Shown here: positions 46,542 to 53,092 of the stretch, in pieces
Layout: every line of letters starts with the position of its first letter
Position numbering within the stretch: position 1 is the stretch's first letter
NCBI GenBank assembly: GCA_016866995.1
Contig: VGKQ01000005.1
Coordinates: 1-53,092, forward strand
Direction: 5' to 3'
Length of the DNA: 53,092 nt
Source of the DNA: Candidatus Pacearchaeota archaeon
GTDB lineage: Archaea; Nanobdellota; Nanobdellia; Pacearchaeales; GW2011-AR1
Made by a program: the position numbers and the translations under genes
The notes under the pieces: model-generated
What the model was told of the DNA's origin: nothing
Database searches by the model: none
The model's input: the letters and a program-made list of their open reading frames with translations, nothing else

Positions 46542-47064
46542 CTTCTTCTATTTTTTTCTCCTTTGTTGTTATTTTAGTTTCATAATTTTTTTTCATATAC
46601 TCAATAATTTCCTCTCTTGAAACATCCTGCCTCTTCGGAATTCCTGATTTTTTTATTTTTCTTCTTTTAACTCTTGCTCCTGTCCTTGTAAAATCAATTG
46701 TAACATTCAAACCGAGAATTCCAATATCTCTCTGGTATTCTGTTCCCGGAATTTCAATATACTCGTGAATGCCGAATGAAAAATGATTTTTTTCTATCTG
46801 GCTTTCTTTTATTTCATTGTTTATTGCAAGAAGAAGTTTTTTCAGAAGTTGCTGAAAATTTTTTCTTATTGTTACTTTGCAGCCGACTTCCAATCCCGGC
46901 CTTACATTAAGCGAAGGAATTCTTTTTTTGCTTTTTATCTTTATTGGCTGCCTTGCTGATATTAATTTGAGAAGCCGCACCCCCTTGTCCAATTTATCCC
47001 CGCTTCCTCCAGCACTTAATACAACTTTCTCAATTCTCACTTCTCTCATCTTATTTTGTTTCAT
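46528..47064 (-). CDS. rpl5: 50S ribosomal protein uL5
   Basis: N.MREVRIEKVV, GCKVTIR, FSFGIHEYIEIPG..Y...IGILG. Confidence 0.96.
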   Translation of the reverse strand: MKQNKMREVRIEKVVLSAGGSGDKLDKGVRLLKLISARQPIKIKSKKRIPSLNVRPGLEVGCKVTIRKNFQQLLKKLLLAINNEIKESQIEKNHFSFGIHEYIEIPGTEYQRDIGILGLNVTIDFTRTGARVKRRKIKKSGIPKRQDVSREEIIEYMKKNYETKITTKEKKIEEDDSK

Positions 47065-47663
47065 TTTACTGCCATTATGTCATTTAGTTTTAAATTTATC
47101 TTTCCTTCTTTAAGCAAAATGCTTGCGTTTTTTCCTTCAATCTTTTCAACTTCTCCTTCTTCGCCCTTATGCTTTCCGTTAATAATTATAATCTTTGCTC
47201 CTTCTTTTAGCTCTATTTTTTTTATTTTTTCTCCCATTACAACCGAGTCGCCTATTTTAAATTTCTCAGCAGAAATAAAATTTCTTCCATCATTCAAATT
47301 AATCTGTGTTTTCTTTCCAGAAAGAATTTTCTTTCCTATTACTTTCAGGATTTTATCAGAATTTCTTGTTTCTTCAAGTCCGAATTTCTTGTTTTTTAAT
47401 ATAACCTTAAACTTCTCATCTCCAAGCTCAAGAACATCAAAAAGAGAAAGCACAAACTTTTCATCTTTTATAATCTTTCCATTTACCTTGGCTTTTTTGT
47501 CATGAATTATTTCCTTTACTTCTTTTTTGCTTTTTGCCTTTTTCATTACATCTCTGATTAATATCAGCACAGGAATTCCATTTTTTCTGCTTTTGATTAA
47601 AAATTTTGTTCCCTTTCTTGGAATTGGCCAGTTCTTAGGCGCTTGGTTTCTTTTCAGGTGCAT
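47061..47663 (-). CDS. rps4e: 30S ribosomal protein eS4
   Basis: MHLKR..APK.WPI.RK, VNG, QINL.DGRN, GKH.G. Confidence 0.94.
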   Translation of the reverse strand: MHLKRNQAPKNWPIPRKGTKFLIKSRKNGIPVLILIRDVMKKAKSKKEVKEIIHDKKAKVNGKIIKDEKFVLSLFDVLELGDEKFKVILKNKKFGLEETRNSDKILKVIGKKILSGKKTQINLNDGRNFISAEKFKIGDSVVMGEKIKKIELKEGAKIIIINGKHKGEEGEVEKIEGKNASILLKEGKINLKLNDIMAVK

Positions 47664-48033
47664 TTTGCTTTTCCTTGTTTTGTTTTATTTTTCTTTCAAC
47701 AAGCTCAATAATTTGTATTTTGCTTGGATGAAAATAGACATTTACCTTTGTCCCGTCTTTCTTCTGCCTTTGTATCCCCTCAATTGCTATTCTCGTTCTC
47801 TTCAAGTCCACTTTGCTTATTTTTCCTTTTTTCTTCCTGAACTTTCCTCTCATTATGATTACGCTGTCTCCTTTTCTTGCTTCAATATTTCTTCCATGTT
47901 TCTTTCTAAGCTCTTTGCTTAAATTTGCTGACAAAAATTTATACTTAATGTGCAGCGGGGCATTTTCAAAATATTTTCTCTGCTTCCGAGTTTGTCTGCT
48001 TGATTTCCATGCTGTGCTGAATTTTTGTTTCAT
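47635..48033 (-). CDS. rpl24: 50S ribosomal protein uL24
   Basis: SRQ.RKQRK...NAPLH, RKGD.V.IMRG, HPSK. Confidence 0.95.
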   Translation of the reverse strand: MKQKFSTAWKSSRQTRKQRKYFENAPLHIKYKFLSANLSKELRKKHGRNIEARKGDSVIIMRGKFRKKKGKISKVDLKRTRIAIEGIQRQKKDGTKVNVYFHPSKIQIIELVERKIKQNKEKQNAPEKKPSA

Positions 48034-48034
48034 T

Positions 48035-48334
48035 TTATGCTGCAAATAACTCTCTTATTGTTGATTTTCTATTTAATTGTGTTAATCTTACTGCAATTTG
48101 TGTCACTTCTTTTGAACTTTTTTGCGATAAAACTTTAGCAAGAAGCAATAATTCCTGATATTTTGGAGGCATGTATGGAAAATTTCTCATATCATATTCT
48201 TTTTTTTCTTCTATTGCTCTTGCAACATCAACGCAATACCACATAAAATTTCTTTGATTATTATAGTCCAGTCTTGCAAATTCTTTCCCCCCTGTTGCAA
48301 CACATTCTCTTATAAGAAAAGGTCTTTCTATCAT
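48035..48334 (-). CDS. Orphan hypothetical protein (99 aa) between rpl14 and rpl24
   Basis: TAAAATG junctions at both ends. Confidence 0.72.
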   Translation of the reverse strand: MIERPFLIRECVATGGKEFARLDYNNQRNFMWYCVDVARAIEEKKEYDMRNFPYMPPKYQELLLLAKVLSQKSSKEVTQIAVRLTQLNRKSTIRELFAA

Positions 48335-48335
48335 T

Positions 48336-48737
48336 TTAAACTATAAATTGCGCAAGTTTCGCAACCTCCTTCCATCTTTCCTGAACTTCCCTTGGTATTG
48401 CTCCCTTAACCTGTGTTCCTTTTGGATTTCCTTTCTCATCTTTCAATAATACTGCTGCATTATCTGTAAATGCAATTCTCTCCCCAGTCTTTCTCAAAAA
48501 GGGCTTTTTCTGCCTTATTAAAACTGCATCAAAAACCTTTCCTTTCATTTCAGGGTTTCCTGCCCTTACTGAAACTTTAATCCAGTCTCCAACCTTGGCT
48601 GTAATATATCTTCCTTTTCTCGATTTTCCATGCTTCACTCCGACGATTTTTACAATCCTTGCCCCAGAATTGTCAGAAGCAAGTATATGGCTTCCAATAT
48701 TCAATCCCCTTGTCATTCTTGCTGATACTGCTTTCAT
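48336..48737 (-). CDS. rpl14: 50S ribosomal protein uL14
   Basis: DNSGAR, VGD, AVLIRQKK, F.DNAAV, G.PKGT...G.I.REV. Confidence 0.96.
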   Translation of the reverse strand: MKAVSARMTRGLNIGSHILASDNSGARIVKIVGVKHGKSRKGRYITAKVGDWIKVSVRAGNPEMKGKVFDAVLIRQKKPFLRKTGERIAFTDNAAVLLKDEKGNPKGTQVKGAIPREVQERWKEVAKLAQFIV

Positions 48738-49063
48738 TTTTCTTCCTCCTTATTTTGAGATTTTTTTCTTAAAACTTCCACAAGCACAAAATGTATAATC
48801 TTGCTTAATGGACGGCATTCTCTTACTTGCACATAATCTCCAACTTCAACATTTTCCATGCATTTTGAAACTCGAGCATGAAGGCGTGTTTTCTTTTTCA
48901 TATATCTTTCATATTTTTTTATAAATAATGTTCTTTCAAATTCAATGGCAATTCTCTTTGGAAATTTTCTGATTACATTTCCTGCGAAAACTCTGCCTCT
49001 GGCTGCAAGTTTGCCGTGTATCGGGCACTGTTCATCATCACATTTTTCAATTTTTTCTTTCAT
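48734..49063 (-). CDS. rps17: 30S ribosomal protein uS17
   Basis: CDD..CP.HG.L..RG, KYERY, ECRPLSK..HF. Confidence 0.96.
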   Translation of the reverse strand: MKEKIEKCDDEQCPIHGKLAARGRVFAGNVIRKFPKRIAIEFERTLFIKKYERYMKKKTRLHARVSKCMENVEVGDYVQVRECRPLSKIIHFVLVEVLRKKSQNKEEEK

Positions 49064-49074
49064 TTTATATTTTT

Positions 49075-49374
49075 TTATTCAGCTATTGAACTTTCTGGAA
49101 ATCCTAATTCAATTAATAAGGGCTTTATTCTCCTTCTATGATCTCCCTGAAGCTCAATTATGCTATTTTTTACTGTTCCTCCACAAGCAAGCTTCTCTTT
49201 AAGAGTTTTTGCTATTTCTTTTATATTAATGCCTTCTCCAATCCCCGTAACAAGCGTAGTTATTTTTCCAAAAGCTCTTTTCACTGTTTCTATTTTTATT
49301 TTCTGCTCGCTTTTTGCAATTTCCTCGCAAACACATGCCTGCTTTGGCAGTCCGCATTTTGGGCATATTTCCAT
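49075..49374 (-). CDS. sui1: Translation initiation factor aIF1/SUI1
   Basis: CPKCGLP...CVCE, FGK..T, LK.KLACGGT, IELQGDH. Confidence 0.95.
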   Translation of the reverse strand: MEICPKCGLPKQACVCEEIAKSEQKIKIETVKRAFGKITTLVTGIGEGINIKEIAKTLKEKLACGGTVKNSIIELQGDHRRRIKPLLIELGFPESSIAE

Positions 49375-49565
49375 TATTTACCCTCCCTGTTTAATTTAAT
49401 ATTATTTGCAGTTAAAATTCTTGCAATTGATTTTTTAATTTCTTTGGCTTTAATCTTGCTGGCTTTGTTTGCAGTCACATTTTTCTTTATTAATTCGAGT
49501 TTAAGCTCTTTCAATTTTTCTTCTCTTTCTTCTTTGCTCAATTTTTTTATATCTTTATACTTCAT
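49374..49565 (-). CDS. rpl29: 50S ribosomal protein uL29
   Basis: KL.ELK.EL, IKKSIARILT; operon position. Confidence 0.92.
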   Translation of the reverse strand: MKYKDIKKLSKEEREEKLKELKLELIKKNVTANKASKIKAKEIKKSIARILTANNIKLNREGK

Positions 49566-50272
49566 CTTTCTTCCTCTGTATTTAACTCAGACTTGTTTTG
49601 CTTCTTTCCTAAAAGAAGTTTCTTTCTTGTTTTCTTTGGCTTTTCTTCTGTAACAGGCATTTTTAATTGTTTTCTCAGTTCATTATTAACTTCTATCTGG
49701 TCATGAATTTTTGCATCAGGAGGCAGTATCGCTACTTTTACTCCAATAACTCCAAGCATTGTTTTTGCTATTGCTTTTGCCCTGTTTACAATCTTTGCTG
49801 TATCACCTGTTTTTTTCAGATATCCAGAAGCAAACCTCCAGGCTTTTGCTCTCTCGCTTGGGAGCTTTCCACTAAGCCTTATTTCAGCTCCTAAAGCCCC
49901 TGCCCTCATTATTTTGTCAAGCATTTTATATGCTATTATCTTGAACTTTAAGCTTCCAAGCTTTTCAAGCATTAAGGCTATGTCATCTGCAATTGTTTGT
50001 GCGTCAAATTCTGGCTTTATTATTTCCTGAATTTCTATATTTGGATTTTCAAGCTTAAATTTTCTCTTTAATATTCTTGTCAGTTCAATAATTTTTTCTC
50101 CCTTTCTTCCTATAACATATCCAGGAGTGTTTGTTGAAATTATTATTTTCTCGCCCACAGGGGTATATTCTATTCCAACCGTGCTTATCTTTCCCTTTCC
50201 CAAATTTCCCTTAATAAATTCTTTTATATTTAATTCATCTTTCTTTAATTGAACAAATTTTTTCTCTTCCAT
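49562..50272 (-). CDS. rps3: 30S ribosomal protein uS3
   Basis: TPVG, PGYVIGRKG, AGALGAEI.LSGKLPSERA, GYLKK.G, GVIGVKV. Confidence 0.96.
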   Translation of the reverse strand: MEEKKFVQLKKDELNIKEFIKGNLGKGKISTVGIEYTPVGEKIIISTNTPGYVIGRKGEKIIELTRILKRKFKLENPNIEIQEIIKPEFDAQTIADDIALMLEKLGSLKFKIIAYKMLDKIMRAGALGAEIRLSGKLPSERAKAWRFASGYLKKTGDTAKIVNRAKAIAKTMLGVIGVKVAILPPDAKIHDQIEVNNELRKQLKMPVTEEKPKKTRKKLLLGKKQNKSELNTEEER

Positions 50273-50273
50273 T

Positions 50274-50837
50274 TTAAATTTGAGCCTCCTGCTTATTTTC
50301 TTGTTTTTTCTCACTAACTTTTCTCTCTTTTGCTTCAAGGTAAACATTTGTCCTCTTGAATCTCTCTCTTCCACCTCTTCTGAACGGGCGGGAGGCATCA
50401 TTTGCAATCGCAAGAGTTATTATTGGATTCTCAATTCCATTCACTTGGGAATTTGCCTGCAAGTTTTTCAGCAGATTAATAAATACCTTGCTTGCATTTA
50501 CAGGATATCTTCCACTCATTATTTTTCCATGCCGATGAGGAATTTCTCCCCTCATTTTTAATGGTTTTTTCATTTTCATTATCAATTCTAATTCAGGAAT
50601 CATTTCTTCTGGATTTTTTCCTCTGATTAAGTCGCATATAGCCATTGAATGCTTCTTTGAGATAGGCAAATCTTTTCCATTGACAACAGCTTTTTCTTTT
50701 TTCACAATTTCTTGTTTCTTTTCTTCTTTTTTTGTTTTCTCTTCTGATTTTATCTCTGATTTTTCTTCAACTTTTGGAGTTTCTTTGTTAATTGGCTCTT
50801 CAATTTTTTTCTCTTCAGTTTTTGCTTCTTTTTTCAT
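50274..50837 (-). CDS. rpl22: 50S ribosomal protein uL22 with charged N-terminal extension
   Basis: PISKKH...IC..IRGK, PHR, GRYP, KRT.V. Confidence 0.94.
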   Translation of the reverse strand: MKKEAKTEEKKIEEPINKETPKVEEKSEIKSEEKTKKEEKKQEIVKKEKAVVNGKDLPISKKHSMAICDLIRGKNPEEMIPELELIMKMKKPLKMRGEIPHRHGKIMSGRYPVNASKVFINLLKNLQANSQVNGIENPIITLAIANDASRPFRRGGRERFKRTNVYLEAKERKVSEKKQENKQEAQI

Positions 50838-50838
50838 T

Positions 50839-51228
50839 TTATTTCACAGACAAAGCTGCAGACGATTTAGTTGCGCCTATTCCTGGAGCTCCGTGCTCAA
50901 CTTTCTTTCTTGTCACGGAAAATTCACCTAATCTATGCCCCAGCATTTCTGGAATAATTTTTATTGAGACAAATTCTTTTCCATTATGGATTCCAATTGT
51001 ATAATTTATCATTCCAGGAACAATTACAAGATTTCTCAGGTGTGTTTTTATCGGCTTGCTTTTCCCCGAATTTTTCCTGCACTTTTCCACAAATTTTTCA
51101 ATAACATCAAAATGCCGAAGAACAAATCTTCTTGAATCAGCCCCAACTAATCTTGCAAATTCTCTTGTATCCAAAGCTTTTAACTCGCTAATATTTTTCC
51201 CGCGATATTTAAATTCTCGAGCTGCCAT
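50839..51228 (-). CDS. rps19: 30S ribosomal protein uS19
   Basis: F.YRGK, KTHLR, HNGKEF, MLGHRLGEF..TR..V.HG.PGIGAT. Confidence 0.96.
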   Translation of the reverse strand: MAAREFKYRGKNISELKALDTREFARLVGADSRRFVLRHFDVIEKFVEKCRKNSGKSKPIKTHLRNLVIVPGMINYTIGIHNGKEFVSIKIIPEMLGHRLGEFSVTRKKVEHGAPGIGATKSSAALSVK

Positions 51229-51229
51229 T

Positions 51230-51541
51230 TTATGCTGCTACTCCAAAAGGTAATTTAATATCTGAATAACTTTTCACTTCTAAAATTCCATAACCATATT
51301 CTTCTCCAATTTCACTTGCATGAGCTATTAAATGAGAAACTCTGCTTAAATGTGTGCCCCCAACAATCCAAAAATTATGAGTATCCCCCCTTCCTCCTTT
51401 TCCTATTGGATTTAATGAAATCATTCTTACTGCATAAACTGTTCCTGGCATTTCCTCTAATTTCAAAACAATGTCCCTGCTTAAACAACACGAATTTCTC
51501 ATGCTAAATTCTAATCTTAATTTTTTTCTTCTAATTAACAT
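51230..51541 (-). CDS. Orphan hypothetical protein (103 aa) between rpl2 and rps19
   Basis: MLIRRKKLRLEF...; TAAAATG junctions at both ends. Confidence 0.72.
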   Translation of the reverse strand: MLIRRKKLRLEFSMRNSCCLSRDIVLKLEEMPGTVYAVRMISLNPIGKGGRGDTHNFWIVGGTHLSRVSHLIAHASEIGEEYGYGILEVKSYSDIKLPFGVAA

Positions 51542-51542
51542 T

Positions 51543-52235
51543 TTATTTCTTCCTCCTTCCTGTTCTTTTTGGATGAAGATGTCCAACTTTAGCTCCGGGG
51601 GGAGCATTATTCTTTGCAATCTTGCTTTTTATTCTTTTTCCTCTTCCAGAGCCAAAAGGATGGTCAACTACATTCATTTTTACAGCAGAAGTTCTTGGCC
51701 ATAACTTGTTTTTTGCCTTCATCATATGCCATTTTTTCCCTGCTTTTATTATGGGTTTCTCAAGCCTTCCCTGTCCTGCAACAATTCCAATTGTAGCCCT
51801 GCATTTCTCATCAAACCATATTTCCTTTTTGCTTGGCATCATTACTGCAACTCTTCCAGGCATTTTCTTAGTAATTGTAGCAGACAATCCAGAAGCTCTT
51901 ACTAATTTTCCGCCGTCATTTAATTTTGCTTCAATATTATATATGCTTGTTCCTGGAGCAATATCTTTCAATTGCATAATGTTTCCGTTTTCTTGCTTTC
52001 CTGTTTCAATCTCCTGCCCCACAATTGCCCCGTCAAATGCAGGATTATAAAAAATCTTGTTTCCAATTTGAATTTTTGCAAGAGGAGCAGAATGCGCTGG
52101 CGAGTTTATAAGCTCAAGAATTTTTCCTTTTCCTTCTATAATAGGATATCCAATTCTAAATTTGTAAGCCTGCTTTCTGACTCTGTAAGTCAATGAGCCA
52201 TGCCCTCTTGCCTGTTGTATTATTCTTTTTCCCAT
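51543..52235 (-). CDS. rpl2: 50S ribosomal protein uL2
   Basis: MGKRI..QARG.G, GG..VRASG, KAG, MN.VDHPFG.G, PPGAKVG. Confidence 0.97.
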   Translation of the reverse strand: MGKRIIQQARGHGSLTYRVRKQAYKFRIGYPIIEGKGKILELINSPAHSAPLAKIQIGNKIFYNPAFDGAIVGQEIETGKQENGNIMQLKDIAPGTSIYNIEAKLNDGGKLVRASGLSATITKKMPGRVAVMMPSKKEIWFDEKCRATIGIVAGQGRLEKPIIKAGKKWHMMKAKNKLWPRTSAVKMNVVDHPFGSGRGKRIKSKIAKNNAPPGAKVGHLHPKRTGRRKK

Positions 52236-52236
52236 T

Positions 52237-52614
52237 TTATGCCACCGATTTCCTCCCCGCTTTTATTAATTTTCTCTCATAATCTATGAATGTTTTAGTC
52301 ATTTCCTCTCTCCTAATATCAATACAACCCGCTCTTTCAATATCAACAACAGTCAAATATCCTTCTTTTGTTGGAGCAAGATTTTTTAGAACAGTATTTA
52401 ATATCATAATCCTATTTCCATCTAATGGATTTCTATAAGCAAAACTGATTAGGTCTGGCTGTCCTCTTTGGGGCAGTACTCCATCGTGCACCGAGACAAG
52501 CCTAAATACAGGAGTGTCTAAAACTACTACATCATCCTTAACTAAACTAGCAATATCTTCGTTACTTCTTACTGGTTTAAATTCAACTCTCTCTAAATTT
52601 TGAAATATCTTCAT
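52237..52614 (-). CDS. Orphan hypothetical protein (125 aa) between rpl23 and rpl2
   Basis: TAAGATG and TAAAATG junctions. Confidence 0.72.
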   Translation of the reverse strand: MKIFQNLERVEFKPVRSNEDIASLVKDDVVVLDTPVFRLVSVHDGVLPQRGQPDLISFAYRNPLDGNRIMILNTVLKNLAPTKEGYLTVVDIERAGCIDIRREEMTKTFIDYERKLIKAGRKSVA

Positions 52615-52615
52615 C

Positions 52616-52858
52616 TTATATCATCCCAAGTTTAGTTGCAACATCAATTGCAGGATTTTTCTTATCCAGTTTAATATAAACATATTTTTCGTTTTTTCTT
52701 ATCAAAGTTCGAATTTTTTCAACATTAACTTTGAAAGTTTCCTCAAATTCTTTTTTTATCTCAGATTTTCTTGCCTTTCTCTCAACTCTGAAAATTAGAG
52801 TATTCTCTATTTCAATTAATTTCACTGCTTTCTCTGACGTGACTGGTTTTAGTATCAT
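52616..52858 (-). CDS. rpl23: 50S ribosomal protein uL23
   Basis: P..SEKA...IE.EN.L.F.V, A.DVATKLG. Confidence 0.95.
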   Translation of the reverse strand: MILKPVTSEKAVKLIEIENTLIFRVERKARKSEIKKEFEETFKVNVEKIRTLIRKNEKYVYIKLDKKNPAIDVATKLGMI

Positions 52859-52859
52859 C

Positions 52860-52955
52860 TTATATATTGAACATCAAACTGCAGTCTGATGACTGCACCA
52901 AAGGCAAATTTTCCCGCAGGAAAATTTGGTTTGATGTTGTAAATTTAATTATCAT
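52860..52955 (-). CDS. 31-aa mini-ORF MIIKFTTSNQIFLRENLPLVQSSDCSLMFNI coupled to rpl23 and spanning the hairpin element
   Basis: Open frame ending TAA-G-ATG at the rpl23 start. Confidence 0.35.
   Translation of the reverse strand: MIIKFTTSNQIFLRENLPLVQSSDCSLMFNI
52870..52938. other. Multi-stem structured element between rpl4 and rpl23
   Basis: AACATCAAAC/GTTTGATGTT outer stem enclosing TGCAGTC-tgat-GACTGCA and CAAATTTTCC-cgca-GGAAAATTTG. Confidence 0.75.
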
Positions 52956-53030
52956 TTTTTATATTTTAAATTTAATTATCATTTTTTATATTTTAAATTT
53001 AATTATCATTTTTTATATTTTAAATTTAAT
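52941..53030. repeat. 27-bp tandem repeat, 3.3 copies
   Basis: AAATTTAATTATCATTTTTTATATTTT at 52941, 52968 and 52995, plus a partial copy. Confidence 0.92.
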
Positions 53031-53031
53031 A

Positions 53032-53092
53032 TTATTTTCTAACTTCTCCTAACTCTTTAATTGCATTTTCAGTATAGCAAGTTAATCTTCCT
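53032..53092 (-). CDS. rpl4: 3' end of 50S ribosomal protein uL4 (partial)
   Basis: GRLTCYTENAIKELGEVRK* matches the archaeal uL4 C-terminal GRLT.wte.A motif; upstream of rpl23. Confidence 0.85.
   Translation of the reverse strand, partial: GRLTCYTENAIKELGEVRK

Noticed and set aside
41630-51619. Long N-terminal extensions in the ORF track (rps3 from 50413, orphans from 42133 and 51619, rpl30 from 41666, rpl24 from 48045)
   Set aside because: They overlap upstream genes; coupled ATGs at the stop/start junctions are more plausible starts
628-52196. Numerous antisense or overlapping ORFs in the track (e.g. 3587-3955, 44767-45285, 49138-49653)
   Set aside because: Phe/Ile/Ser-rich mirror images of Lys/Glu-rich real genes; no motifs
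52886-52923. Hammerhead-ribozyme-like CTGATGA-ctgc...gcag-GAAA on the plus strand
   Set aside because: I could not build stems I and III with a UH cleavage site; CTGATGA is buried in a stronger hairpin and lies antisense to the operon
52867-53052. Plus-strand 61-aa ORF with NLIIIFYIL repeats
   Set aside because: By-product of the 27-bp tandem repeat, antisense to the operon
1-53092. tRNA, rRNA, transposase, integrase, intein, DGR or alternative genetic code
   Set aside because: None recognisable by eye; conserved genes translate fully with the standard code, and TGA is used as a stop

Overview
AT-rich archaeal chromosome segment, most consistent with a DPANN (Pacearchaeota/Woesearchaeota-like) organism. 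This is inferred from the archaeal r-proteins S4e/L32e/L19e, aglB, SUI1, prefoldin alpha, a ribose-1,5-bisphosphate isomerase-type gene and the apparent absence of rnp1 and adk from their usual positions. About 0.2-30.5 kb is a large surface-glycosylation locus: GT2, GT4, GT9 and GT-C transferases, a flippase, aglH, aglB, an HldC-like nucleotidyltransferase, SAM methyltransferases, four radical SAM genes, queC and a TrmB regulator. About 30.5-37.4 kb is mixed housekeeping and accessory genes, including an AbiEi/AbiEii pair with a palindromic operator. About 37.5-53.1 kb is the S10-spc ribosomal superoperon on the minus strand. The most striking observation is that this operon is interrupted at many gene junctions by 89-125 aa orphan ORFs, house-cleaning enzymes and 7-31 aa mini-ORFs. 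Nearly all keep stop/start translational coupling, four end in the same GCATAAAATG junction, one is bracketed by a 16-bp duplication and one carries a multi-stem hairpin. Other items of note: an exact 102-bp direct repeat bracketing the GT/flippase/aglH block, a triplicated secY 3' end, a half-size aIF5A-like protein, a radical SAM with a CX26CX2C motif, a GC-rich structured intergenic element, and a homopolymer frameshift at the start of a Cys-rich surface protein. No tRNA, rRNA, CRISPR array or transposase was recognised. All calls are by-eye motif recognition, with no database searches.
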